Assembly: GCA_044229975.1 (NCBI GenBank)
Contig: JBGARZ010000002.1
Span: 512,001-576,000, forward strand
DNA: 64,000 nt
Origin: Polyangiales bacterium
GTDB taxonomy: Bacteria > Myxococcota_A > Polyangia > Polyangiales > Ga0077539
Direction: 5' to 3'
How positions within the stretch are numbered: the stretch's first letter is position 1; each line of letters opens with the position of its first letter. A program made the translations under genes and the position numbers. Under the pieces are notes generated by a model. It saw only the letters and a list, made by a program, of their open reading frames with translations, was not told where the DNA came from and did no database searches. Below are positions 49,326-61,300 of the stretch, piece after piece.

Positions 49326-49380
49326 TGAACTTTCAGAAGATTCTGAACGTTCATGTAGTGGGGCTGAGCTCACGGGTCAA
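49326..49380 (-). promoter_or_regulatory. Promoter plus palindromic operator of the menaquinone operon
   Basis: TGAAC-T-TTCAGAA-GA-TTCTGAA-C-GTTCA (49326-49353) overlaps a minus-strand TTGACC-N17-TACATG. Confidence 0.8.
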
Positions 49381-49418
49381 GCGCCCCCCGTCGCCTCTCT
49401 GGTAACGTCGCGCCCCGC

Positions 49419-51515
49419 ATGGACGACCCCGCGCGCTCCCGCTCCATCGCCCGCGCCGCGCTCGCGGCGCTGCTCGTCGCCACCGCGGCCGCCTTCGCCG
49501 TCGGCCTCCGCAACGGCTTCGTCTGGGACGACGCGCAGCTCATCGTCGCCAACCCCGTGACGCTCTCGGCGTCGCTCGTGCGCGACGCCTTCACCCGCCA
49601 CTTCTGGGACACCGCGGGCTTCACCCTCGCGGGCCGCGCCCACTTCTATCGCCCGGTGATCACCCTCGCCTATGCCTTCACCCGCACGGTGTTCGGCGCT
49701 GGCCCGCTCGGATTTCACCTCGTCAACCTTGGCGTCCACCTCGCGGTCGTCGCGCTCGCCTTCGGGTACATCCGCCGCCGCCTCGACCCCGAGCTGCGCG
49801 CCGCCGATGCAGCCATCGCAACAGCCATCGGCGTCGCGGTGTTTGCGCTGCACCCGGCGCGGGCCGAGAGCGTCTCGTGGTCGTCTGGCGCGCCCGATCT
49901 GTGGGCCTCGCTCTTCGCGCTCGTCGCCCTGCGCCTCGACCCCGCTCGCCGACCGCTCGCGTCCTCCATCGCCTTCGCCCTCGCCCTCGTCTCGAAGGAG
50001 GCCGTGGCCTTCATCCCGATGGCCCTCGTCGTCGACGCGCTCTGTCTCCAAGCCCTCGAGCGCCGCCGCCCCGCCCTGCGCGGCGCCCTCACCCTCTTGG
50101 CCGTTCTCGTCGCGGTGCTCGCGGTCCGCTCCTTCGTGCTCCGCGGATCATCCGTGACCATCGGCCCACTCGCGGTCGCCGCGGCGCGGGTACTCACCTC
50201 CCTGGGCCACCTTCTCGCGCGCACCGTCGTCCCATGGCCCCTCACCGTCTGGTCCTCCCGCATCACCCACGGCGCCGCCGGAACCGTCTCCTACCCGGCG
50301 CGTGACCTCGCCCTCGGCCTGCTCTTCGTCCTCGCGCTCGCCGCGGCCGCCGTCGTGGCCTCTCGTCGCCCCTCGGCGCGCCCGCGTGTCGCCGACCTCG
50401 CCTGGTTCGCGCTCGCGCTCCTCCCCGTCGCCAACCCCGTCGAGCTCAACCTCTCGCAGCTCGTGGCCGATCGGTACCTCTACCTCCCGCACCTCTTCCT
50501 GGCGGCCGTCGTCGCGCGCGCCGTCCTCCCGGCGCTGCGATCACCCGCCCGCCTGCCCGTGATCACCGCCTCCGCTGCCGTGGCCGTCGCCCTCGCGTCG
50601 CTGGCCTTCGTGCACGCGCGGCACTTCCACGATGAGCTCGGCCTGTGGCGTCACGAGGTCGCCGTCGACCGGGTGAACCCGATGGCGCGCCTCTCCCTCG
50701 CCCGCGCCATCGCCTCGCAGCGCCGCTATGGAGAGGCCCTTGGCGAGGTGCGCCAGGCCCTCGTCGACGCCCAGTCGCAGGGCGCTCGCGCCGTGCAGAT
50801 GGACGGCGTCCTGCTCTCTGCATCGCTGCTCCTCGATGGGCTGCCCGACGCCGACCAGCGGGGCCTCGGCAGCGTCCGCGCGTTCCTCGACGGCCTCGGC
50901 AACCACCCTGGCCGGCCTGCCGTGCTCGACGCCGGCGGCCTCCGCATGCAGCTCTCGTTGCAGGGCCCAGACGCCGCGCGGGTCCGGTCCATGGACGTCG
51001 AGTGGGGCCTCGCGCTCGCCGACGCCGCAGCTCGAACCCTCGACGCCGACGCCGCCATCCTCGCCTACCGCGCGCTCATGCCGCGCCTGCCCAACCACCC
51101 GCGCCTCTACGCCGGAACGGCCGCCGCATGGGTCATGCTCGACCGCACCGACGAAGCCGCCCGCACCCTCGACCGCGCCCCGGCCTTCGTCGCACCATCC
51201 CTCGCTCGCACCCGCGCCATCCTTCGATCGCAGGCATGCGTCGACCCCGGCGTCGATCCGCGGCGGGTGCGGGTGCGCTGCGCCCTCGCGCTCGACCTAC
51301 GTGAGCACGCGCGACGGATCGCGGCGCGCAGTCCGGGGGAGCTGCTCGACGCGGAGTTCATCGTGGCGACGCTCACGGCTGACGTTCGCGATGGGCTCTG
51401 TCGTCGGGCGACGCGACGGCTCAACGAGGCGCGCGCCGAGGCACCTGGCTTCGACGCCACACAGGCCCTCGCGGTGGTCGGTCGGTGCCGCGGCTTCGTC
51501 CCGCGGGAAGAGTGA
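49419..51515 (+). CDS. TMTC-like GT-C membrane glycosyltransferase with TPR-like C-terminus
   Basis: NGFVWDD..I..NP, FYRP, FHLVNLGVH, FALHP..AESVSW, SKE, ADRYLYLP; many TM segments. Confidence 0.85.
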   Translation: MDDPARSRSIARAALAALLVATAAAFAVGLRNGFVWDDAQLIVANPVTLSASLVRDAFTRHFWDTAGFTLAGRAHFYRPVITLAYAFTRTVFGAGPLGFHLVNLGVHLAVVALAFGYIRRRLDPELRAADAAIATAIGVAVFALHPARAESVSWSSGAPDLWASLFALVALRLDPARRPLASSIAFALALVSKEAVAFIPMALVVDALCLQALERRRPALRGALTLLAVLVAVLAVRSFVLRGSSVTIGPLAVAAARVLTSLGHLLARTVVPWPLTVWSSRITHGAAGTVSYPARDLALGLLFVLALAAAAVVASRRPSARPRVADLAWFALALLPVANPVELNLSQLVADRYLYLPHLFLAAVVARAVLPALRSPARLPVITASAAVAVALASLAFVHARHFHDELGLWRHEVAVDRVNPMARLSLARAIASQRRYGEALGEVRQALVDAQSQGARAVQMDGVLLSASLLLDGLPDADQRGLGSVRAFLDGLGNHPGRPAVLDAGGLRMQLSLQGPDAARVRSMDVEWGLALADAAARTLDADAAILAYRALMPRLPNHPRLYAGTAAAWVMLDRTDEAARTLDRAPAFVAPSLARTRAILRSQACVDPGVDPRRVRVRCALALDLREHARRIAARSPGELLDAEFIVATLTADVRDGLCRRATRRLNEARAEAPGFDATQALAVVGRCRGFVPREE

Positions 51516-51560
51516 ACGGCCGGGCTGTTCATCGCCGCGAGGCCGTTGCACCGTAGCGGG

Positions 51561-53081
<1,521 letters not shown>

Positions 53082-53219
53082 CGCCTCCGTGCTGCCGACC
53101 AGAAGCCTCCCGCGTGATGGTGCGCGTCGGCCCATCTTGACCTGATCGCCGCAGGCGTGGGACATCGCGGCCTCACTCGCGGTGGCTTCCGCGATTCACT
53201 GAACCTTCACGAGGTAGCG

Positions 53220-54674
53220 ATGCGGTCATCAAGTTCGTTGGTTTTCATCCTCGCGGCGCTGAGCGCGGCCGCGGGCTGCTCTGACCCGGTCGGCAGCGGC
53301 AACAACACGCCGGTGGACTCCGGCAACCCCGCCACCGATCGCGGCGCGGTCGCCGACACCGGCACCCAGACCCCGACCGATGGCGGCACGACCATGGACA
53401 CCGGCACCGTGACCCCGACCGACGGTGGCACCACCGGCGACCGTCCCGGCGTCGTCGACGCGGGCCCGCCGGTCGACCCCTGCGCCGCGGCCTCCGTCAT
53501 CGACCTCAACGCCATGGGCATGCGCTCGGGCGCGACCACCCGCATCACCCGCAGCAACGCCACGGTCGCCCGCAACAGCACCGTGCGCGCGAATTGCCAG
53601 AACAACTCGGTCGCGGTCACCGCGTTCCGCTACACCCCGACGGCGACGGGTCCGCTCGCCGTCTCGACGGACAACGCCGGCACGACGCCCAACAACTTCG
53701 ACACCGTCGCCTGGGCGTACGCCTCGTGCGCGGCGCCCACGGGCGACGCCGGCTCGGGCTCGCTCGGCTGCAACGACGACAGCGCCACGGCGCCGCGTAC
53801 GCTGACCTCGCGCTTCACCACGACGGCGCCAGTGACCGCGGGCACCCCGATCTACATCTTCGTCGGCGGGTACGGCAGCGCGACCGCCTCGACCGGCACC
53901 TTCGAGCTCTCGGTCACCGAGATCACCACGGTCGCCGTGGGCGGCGCGTGCGACCCGATGCGCGTGATGAACATCTGCGCCACCGGCTCGGCTTGCGTCA
54001 CCGCGTCGGGCGCGTCCACCTGCGTCGCTGACGGCACCGCGGGTCGCCCCTGCCGCATGGCCGAGCCGCGCTGCGACACCGGCCTCGCCTGCAGCGCGAC
54101 CTCCGCGACCGCCAGCGGCGTCTGCCGCCGCAGCATCGCCGCGGGCGGCGCCTGCGCCCCGGGGTCGACCGACCTCTGCGCGACCGGCAACGCCTGCCTC
54201 CCGACGACCGCCACCGCGGGCACCTGCTCCATGACCACCACCGCGGAGACGGAACCCAACAACACCCCGGCGGCCGCGCAGGCGACCATCACCGCCGCGC
54301 GCATCTACTCGGGCATGGCGACCAACACCGACGCCGACTGCTTCCACGTCACCATCCCGATGGGCGCGGGCCTCTTCGCGGAGAGCACCCTCCCGGCGAC
54401 CCCGACCTGCCCCAGCGGCGTCGGCGGTGGCGGCGACGCCGGCACCGGCAGCCCCGACCCCGTCATCCAGGTCTACAACCCGGCGAACACGGAGATCGAG
54501 GACCTCGACGACGCGGACGACGCCACCGGCCGCGGCCTCTGCGGCACCGTCAACCCGACGGTGGACATGAACGCGCGCAACCTCGCGGCGGGCGTCTACA
54601 CGGTCTGCATCAAGGCGTACAACACGACGCCCATCAACTACCTGCTCACCATCGGCATCATCCCCGGGGCCTGA
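53220..54674 (+). CDS. Cys-rich lipoprotein with PPC-like domains
   Basis: Lipobox AAGC; FDTV, GCNDD, ETEPNNT motifs; Cys repeats; GAGG RBS. Confidence 0.85.
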   Translation: MRSSSSLVFILAALSAAAGCSDPVGSGNNTPVDSGNPATDRGAVADTGTQTPTDGGTTMDTGTVTPTDGGTTGDRPGVVDAGPPVDPCAAASVIDLNAMGMRSGATTRITRSNATVARNSTVRANCQNNSVAVTAFRYTPTATGPLAVSTDNAGTTPNNFDTVAWAYASCAAPTGDAGSGSLGCNDDSATAPRTLTSRFTTTAPVTAGTPIYIFVGGYGSATASTGTFELSVTEITTVAVGGACDPMRVMNICATGSACVTASGASTCVADGTAGRPCRMAEPRCDTGLACSATSATASGVCRRSIAAGGACAPGSTDLCATGNACLPTTATAGTCSMTTTAETEPNNTPAAAQATITAARIYSGMATNTDADCFHVTIPMGAGLFAESTLPATPTCPSGVGGGGDAGTGSPDPVIQVYNPANTEIEDLDDADDATGRGLCGTVNPTVDMNARNLAAGVYTVCIKAYNTTPINYLLTIGIIPGA

Positions 54675-54742
54675 TCCCGGCGAGCGCCCTCCTCGCGCGA
54701 GGGTCGACCACCGTCGGCCCTCACTCCCCCCTTCGAATCACA

Positions 54743-55891
54743 TCACGGCAGCGTGCGGAGACGATCCAGCATCTGGATCGCCGTCAGGTTGCGCATGTTG
54801 TAGCCGTACTGAAGTCCGGCCGCGGTGAAGTACGCGGGCTCGACGCTGCCGCCCATCGCGTACACCGACGGGTGGATGCGGTCGGACGACACCCCGCGCG
54901 ATGGCAGCGGCTGCATCGCCGCCCAGTAGTCGAGCAGCGGGATGTGCCGTGCGGCGGTGAGCGTGCGGATGGCCTCGTTGAAGCGCAGCGCGGAGGCCGC
55001 GGGGCCCGGCCCGTCGTTGCGGTCGGGGATGGTACTGACCACGGCGACGGTGCCGTTGGCCTCGATGATGTCGACGATGGTGCCGAGGTTGGCGCTGAAG
55101 GTCGTGACGGTGCCGCGGTCGATGTCGTTGGTGCCGTACATCACGATCGCCCAGGCGGGCCGCGTCGCCGCGAGCTCGCGACGGAGCGGGGAGGACGTTC
55201 CGCCAGAGAGGGCGTCGGAGGTGGTCCACCCCGCGGTGGCGCACACGCTGGCGCGGTTGAATGAGTTGCGCGCCTCACCATCCTGCCGATCGAGCGCGGT
55301 CGCACGAAACGCGCGGATGGTCGGGTCGAGCGCCGTGTAGGTGCCGAGCGAGCCCCAGCCGAAACCCACGTCGCTGAGAAAGCTCCCCGACTCGGTGATG
55401 GAGTCGCCGATCTTCGCGAACACCGTGACCCGGTTGCCCATCGCCACGCCGCGGTCGCGCACCTGGCGCACGTGGGCCACCGTCGCGAGGTCCCACGCGG
55501 GCAGCGCGACCCCGACGCCGGGGAGCGAACCGACGTCCTGGGTCGAGCCCGCGTCGCGAACGCCCACATCCGGCACGCCGACGTCCCGCACGCCCGTGTC
55601 GCGCACCCCAGCGTCGAGGGTGCCCGCATCGCGTGCTCCGAGGTCGGTCAACCCCGCGTCGCGTGTCCCGCTGTCGAGCACCCGCACGTCCACCACGGCG
55701 GTCCGATCGACGAACGCGTCGGTGCGCGACCCGCCGTCGAGCGCCGCGCCCACATCGGTGTCGACCATGGCGTCGTCCACGATGTCGACCACGTCGGGCT
55801 CCTCCAGCGGCGCCTCCCCCGGCCCGGTCGAACATCCCTCCGCGAAGCACCCCAGGGCCAGTCCGGCCGCGATCCACACTCGTCGTCGCAT
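54743..55891 (-). CDS. SGNH/GDSL hydrolase lipoprotein
   Basis: IGDSIT, YGTND, DRIHP; VRDAG-type linker repeats. Confidence 0.88.
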   Translation of the reverse strand: MRRRVWIAAGLALGCFAEGCSTGPGEAPLEEPDVVDIVDDAMVDTDVGAALDGGSRTDAFVDRTAVVDVRVLDSGTRDAGLTDLGARDAGTLDAGVRDTGVRDVGVPDVGVRDAGSTQDVGSLPGVGVALPAWDLATVAHVRQVRDRGVAMGNRVTVFAKIGDSITESGSFLSDVGFGWGSLGTYTALDPTIRAFRATALDRQDGEARNSFNRASVCATAGWTTSDALSGGTSSPLRRELAATRPAWAIVMYGTNDIDRGTVTTFSANLGTIVDIIEANGTVAVVSTIPDRNDGPGPAASALRFNEAIRTLTAARHIPLLDYWAAMQPLPSRGVSSDRIHPSVYAMGGSVEPAYFTAAGLQYGYNMRNLTAIQMLDRLRTLP

Positions 55892-55966
55892 GTACGCTGC
55901 CCGTCCTATATCACCGGGGCCGAAGGTTGATCGGTGCCTCCGCCGTTTCGGTGATACAACGCTGGT

Positions 55967-57310
55967 GTGTCGGCTCGTCCCTCGCGTCTCGTCGTCGGCG
56001 CACTCCTCTCGGGGCTCACCTTGCTGGGCGCGTCACGCGGCGCCGACGCCTACCCCTTCGAGCGGCGTCTCTCGCTGCGCGGCGAAGGCGCGCTCGGTCT
56101 GCTCGTCGCGTCGGCGGTGCAGGACGACTATCGCACCGGGCTCATCGTGCGAGGCACGCTCGGCGTGTCGCTCATCGACTCCCTGACGCTACAGATCTCC
56201 GCGGTGGAGGGAATCTTCCCGTCGCTGTCGCAGCCGACGTCGCTCAACACGAGCTTCCTGGGCGGGCTGCGCTTCGAGCCGCGGACGGTGCGGCCCGAGG
56301 GGCGGATGTTCGTCGACGGCAACGCAGGCGTCATCACCACCGGCTTCGAGCGGCGCTTCACCTTCGACTTCGGCGTCGGCTGGGAGTTTCAGATCTCCCG
56401 GTACTTCTACATGGGGCCGGTGATTCGCTACTCGCACATCGTCACCGAGGCCAACCCGACCACCGGGGCGAAGGAGGACGACGCGCACTACTTCAGCTTC
56501 GGCGTCTCGCTCTTCATCCGCCCCTTCCCGACGCCCATCGCGCGACGCGGCCGGCTCGTGGTGGTCGGCGCGGGCAACGAACCCGACGCCGACTACGACG
56601 GCGTGCCCGACTCCGTCGATCAGTGCCCGCAGGTGGTCGAAGACCACGACGGATTCGAGGACGAAGACGGCTGCCCCGACCTCGACGACGACAACGACAA
56701 CCTCCCCGACTCCGAAGACCGCTGCCCGCGCGCGGGAGAGACCGTCAACGGCTACGAGGACGAGGACGGCTGCCCCGACGAGCTCCCCGGCACGCGCGAG
56801 CACGTCGAGTGGAACGGCAACGAGATCCGCCTCCGGCAGCGCGTGTACTTCGCCGTCGGCCGCTGGCAGGTGCCGCCGCTCTTCAACCCGATTCTCACCG
56901 AGCTCGCGGACTTCCTCGTCGCCCACCCGGAGATCCGTCGGCTGCGCGTCGAGGGCCACTCGGACGACCGCGGCACCCGTCGCGAGGGCTTCGCGCTCTC
57001 CCTCCGCCGCGCGCAGAACATCATCGCCTTCCTCGTCAACCGCGGCGTCGCCCCGGCGCGGCTCTCGCCCGTCGGCTTCGGCGACACGACGCCCCTCGCC
57101 CGCGCCCACGACGAGGTCACCCGCGCGCGCAACCGACGCATCGAGTTCATCATCGCCGAGGGGCCGCTGGGTCGCGCGCCGCCGCTCCCGGAGGGCGTCT
57201 GGACGCCAGAGAACAGCGACAGCGTGCTGCCCCCGCAGTCCGATCCGACGCTGCCCATCGTGGCCCCGCCCGCGGACCCCGCGCCAACCACCACCACAAC
57301 GGCCCCATGA
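55967..57310 (+). CDS. OmpA-family protein: beta-barrel + thrombospondin type 3-like repeats + OmpA C-domain
   Basis: DADYDGVPDSVDQCP, DGFEDEDGCPD, VEGHSD, LSLRRA, GFGDTTP, NRRIEF. Confidence 0.92.
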   Translation: MSARPSRLVVGALLSGLTLLGASRGADAYPFERRLSLRGEGALGLLVASAVQDDYRTGLIVRGTLGVSLIDSLTLQISAVEGIFPSLSQPTSLNTSFLGGLRFEPRTVRPEGRMFVDGNAGVITTGFERRFTFDFGVGWEFQISRYFYMGPVIRYSHIVTEANPTTGAKEDDAHYFSFGVSLFIRPFPTPIARRGRLVVVGAGNEPDADYDGVPDSVDQCPQVVEDHDGFEDEDGCPDLDDDNDNLPDSEDRCPRAGETVNGYEDEDGCPDELPGTREHVEWNGNEIRLRQRVYFAVGRWQVPPLFNPILTELADFLVAHPEIRRLRVEGHSDDRGTRREGFALSLRRAQNIIAFLVNRGVAPARLSPVGFGDTTPLARAHDEVTRARNRRIEFIIAEGPLGRAPPLPEGVWTPENSDSVLPPQSDPTLPIVAPPADPAPTTTTTAP

Positions 57311-58356
57311 TCGGCCTCATCATCAACCCCAACTCCCGCAAGAACCGTCACCGCCGCGGTCGGGTCGCCCGCTTCGAGAAGGTGCTCGGCAAGCGCGGCC
57401 GCGTCATCGAGACGCCCTCCGTCGACGCCATCATCCCGGCGCTCAAGACCTTCGCCGCCGAGGGTCGCCGCTACTGGATCGCCGACGGCGGCGACGGCGC
57501 CCTCCACTGGATGATCAACGAGGCCATCCGCTTCTTCGGCGCCGCGCGCGCCGCCGAGGCCGCCGTGTACATGCCCACCGGCGGCGGCTCGGTGGACTTC
57601 GTCGCCAAGTACCTCGCCCTCAAGGGCGACCCGCACACCCTCGTCGGTCGCCTCGCCGACCGCGTCGCCGAGGGCCGCGACCCGGCTCCTCGCGAGGTCC
57701 CCTCGCTGCTCCTCCAGGGGCGACAGGTGGTCTACGGCGATGAGCCGACGGACTTCCGTCGCTACGGCTTCGGCAACGCGCTCGCGGGGTATGGCGCCAA
57801 CTTCTACGGCCCGCTCTACCGCGGCGAGGGCAAGCACGGCCCCGTGCAGATCGCACGGCACATCACCTCGGCCTTCGGCGCCGCCGCGCTCGGCGGGGCC
57901 TTCGCCGGGCCGCTCGCCGCCTTCAAGCCCGCGGCGCTGAAGCGCGCCGAGGAGGACTACCTCCGCCCGCTGCACGCCGAGGTTCGCATCGACGACGCGG
58001 TGCTGCGTGGCGATGACGGCCGCGCCATCGGCTCGCACACGGCGCTCAACTGCGCGTCGCTGCCGCTCAACCTCGCCGACATCATGCGGGTGTTTCCGCA
58101 GGCCGACGGGGGCCGGATGCATGTGCACGCGGGCAACGTAAGCGCGGCAGAAATGGCGCGGGTGTTCCCTGGGTTGATGACCGGTCGTTCGGTCAACCAC
58201 CTCCTGGCCAACGCCTACGATGGCCCGGCGAAGACGCTCGAAGTGACGTGCCAGGACGGCGACGAGATGACCCCCGTGATCGACGGCGAGCTCTTCTATC
58301 GCATCACGTCGCTGAGGGTCTCCATGGGACCGATGTTCCGCATGATCTCGCCGTAG
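57307..58356 (+). CDS. Diacylglycerol kinase-family protein
   Basis: IINPNS, DGGDGAL, PTGGGSVD, IDGELF; ATGA overlap with the upstream gene. Confidence 0.8.
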   Translation: MIGLIINPNSRKNRHRRGRVARFEKVLGKRGRVIETPSVDAIIPALKTFAAEGRRYWIADGGDGALHWMINEAIRFFGAARAAEAAVYMPTGGGSVDFVAKYLALKGDPHTLVGRLADRVAEGRDPAPREVPSLLLQGRQVVYGDEPTDFRRYGFGNALAGYGANFYGPLYRGEGKHGPVQIARHITSAFGAAALGGAFAGPLAAFKPAALKRAEEDYLRPLHAEVRIDDAVLRGDDGRAIGSHTALNCASLPLNLADIMRVFPQADGGRMHVHAGNVSAAEMARVFPGLMTGRSVNHLLANAYDGPAKTLEVTCQDGDEMTPVIDGELFYRITSLRVSMGPMFRMISP

Positions 58357-58391
58357 CCAACGGGGGCCGATACCGTTCATCATCACGGCGG

Positions 58392-61300
58392 GTGACGTTT
58401 CCGATCACGACGCGATTCCGGGCCATCGAGGTCCTCGGCCGAGGCGGCATGGGGGTCGTGTATCGCGCGTTCGATCACGAGGCCGGTCGCGTGGTCGCCC
58501 TGAAGACCGTGCGCCGCCCGAGCGGCGACGACCTGTACCACCTGAAGGCAGAGTTTCGATCGCTCGCCGACCTGTCGCACCCCAACCTCGTCGAGCTGCA
58601 CGAGCTCTTCGTCGACGGTGACCAGTCGTACTTCACCATGGAGGTCATCGAGGGCACGGGCATCCTCGATCATCTGTGGGGCGACGGCACCACCGCGACG
58701 GGGCCGGGCATCCCCCTCGACGGCATCGATCGCCTCGACCTCGTGCTGCCGAAGATCGTCGAGGGCATCGCGGCCATCCACCACGAAGGGCACCTGCACC
58801 GCGACCTCAAGCCCTCCAACGTGATGGTCACCTGGGAGGGCCGACCCGTCGTGCTCGACTTCGGCCTCGCCATCACCTGGCGCGACCTCGGCGCCGACCC
58901 CTCGACGTCGTCCTACGGGACCCAGTGCTACATGTCCCCCGAGCAGCTCAGCCACCAGGCGCTCGGCCCCGCGTCGGACTGGTTCGCGCTGGGCGCGCTG
59001 CTCTTCGAGGCCCTCACCGGCACCCTGCCCTTCCGCGGCACCGCCGAGGAGATCCTCGCGCAGCAGCGCCTCGGCCCGCCGTCACCGGCCGCGCTCGTGC
59101 CGTCGCTTCCTCCGCGCCTCGACACGCTCGTGCGTCGGCTCCTCGACCCCACGCCGAGCGCGCGCCCGGACTTCCTGGAGATCCTCCAGCTCCTCCAGGC
59201 GACGCCCGAGTCGCGCTCGTCGCTGCGCATGATGGTCTCCGTCGAGGCGCCCTTCCTCGGTCGTCGGCGCGAGCTCGACGCGCTCCGCGAGAGCGCCCAC
59301 GCGCTGGAGACGCAAGGGTGCTCGCTCGTGACCGTCGAGGGCGTGTCGGGCATCGGCAAGACCGAGATGCTCCGGCGCTTCCTCCTCACGCTGGAGGGCG
59401 AAGGGTCGACCCTCATCCTGCGGGGGCGCTGCCAGCCGCGGGAGTCCGTTCGCTTCAAGGCCTTCGATGGTCTCGTCGACGCGCTCAGTCGACACCTCCG
59501 ACGCATCGGCGATCGCGCCGCGGCGCTTCGCCCGCCCGACCTGCGCGACCTCCTGCGCCTCTTCCCCGTGCTCGCGCGCGTCCCTGGCTTCGAGCCCGCC
59601 GCCTCGGACGAGGCGCCCGCCGTCGACGACCCTCGCGCCGTCCGCCGCCGCGCCTTCGCGGCGCTGCGCCATGTGTTCACCGCCCTCGGCGCCACCTCAC
59701 GCGTCGTGCTCTGGATCGACGACGTTCACTGGGCCGACGAGGACAGCGCCGCCCTGCTCCGCGCGCTGCTCCAACCGCCCGCTCCTCCGCCCGTGCTGGT
59801 CATCGCGAGCTGGCAGCGCGAGCTCCGTGACGCGAGCGCGATGGTGGCCGCGCTGGAGTCCCTCGGCCGCGCATTGCCGACCGGGGCGTACACCGCGCTC
59901 TCGGTGGAGCCGCTCGGTGCGACCGACGCGCTTGCCCTCGCCCGTCGCATCATCGGCGACCGCGAGATCGACCTCGGCCTGCTCCTCGCCGAGTCCGGCG
60001 GAACGCCCTACTACCTCACCGAGCTGTGCCGCCGCGCGCGAGAGCTCCCGTCGGAGGCGGTGCGTCGGCTGCGGCTCTCGGACGTCATCGGCGAGCGCCT
60101 CGGCGCGCTGCCATCGGCCGAGCGAACCCTGCTGGAGTGCATCGCCGTCGCGGGTCGCCCGGTGCCGCGTGGGCTGCTGGTGCGAGCCGCGGGCGTGGGC
60201 GGCGCGGCGCGGCGGGCGCTGCTGCGACTCGGTGAGCTGCGGCTCGGGCGAAGTGCCTCGCTGCGAGACGGCGAGGTGGTCGAGATCTGGCACGACCGCG
60301 TGCGCGCCGCGGTGATCGCGGCATGCCCGCCCGAGCGACGCCGACAGACGCACGCGCGACTGGCCGAGGCGATGCTGGCGTCCGACGGGGCCGACCCCGA
60401 GGCGCTGGTGCTGCACCTGGAGGGCGCGGGCGACTCCGTGCGCGCCGCGGGCTTTGCGGTGGCCGCCGCCCAGCAAGCCGAAGAGGCGCTGGCCTTCGAC
60501 CGCGCGGCGACCCTCTACGCCGTCGCGCTCGCGCACCCGCCAGAGGGCACCAACGTGTCCGACCTGTGGCGACGGCGGGCCGATGCGCTGGTGTCCGCGG
60601 GTCGGGGCGGCGACGCGGCCGATGCGTTCCTTCGCGCGGCGGACTCCGCGACCGACGAAGCGGCCGACGACGTGCTCGACCTGCGTCGGCGTGCGGCCGA
60701 GCAGCTCTTGTTTTCCGGGCGCTACGAGGAGGGCCTGCGCGTGATGCTGGTGGTGCTCGACGCCGTGGGGGTGTCGCTCCCCCGGTCGCCGCGCGCCGCC
60801 ATCGTGTCGTCGCTCGTAGGACGAACCCGCTTCCTGGCGCGCACGCTCGGTCCGTCGACAGCCCGCGGTCGCACGCGCGTCTCGGCCCAGCGCCTCGACG
60901 CCCTGTGGACGGCGTGCGCCGCGCTCTCGATGGTGCAGCCCGCGCTGGCCGACGCGATGGGCGTGCAGCATCTGCTCGAATCGCTCGACCTCGGCGACCC
61001 CTCCCGCGCGGTGCGCGCGCTCGGCTACGAGGCCACGTGCGAGTCGTCGCTCGGCGGAGCCTTCTTCCGCAGCCGCTCACGCAAGCTGCTCGCCGAGACG
61101 GCGCGCCTCGCGGCCTCGACGGGCCGGCCCTACGACCGCGCGTGGTCGCTCATGGCGGACGGCACCACCGCGTGGCTGGAGGGACAGTGGGGCCGCGCGC
61201 TCGACCGCTGCGACGAGGCCCTCGCGGTGTACACGCGGGAGTGCCGCGGGGTCGCGTGGGAGACCGCCACGTCGCGCATCTACGCGCTCTCGTCGCTGGC

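Noticed and set aside
49317..49373. Longer N-terminus of the GbsR-like regulator (ORF track start 49373)
   Set aside because: This stretch holds the promoter and palindromic operator, so ATG 49316 is the more plausible start.
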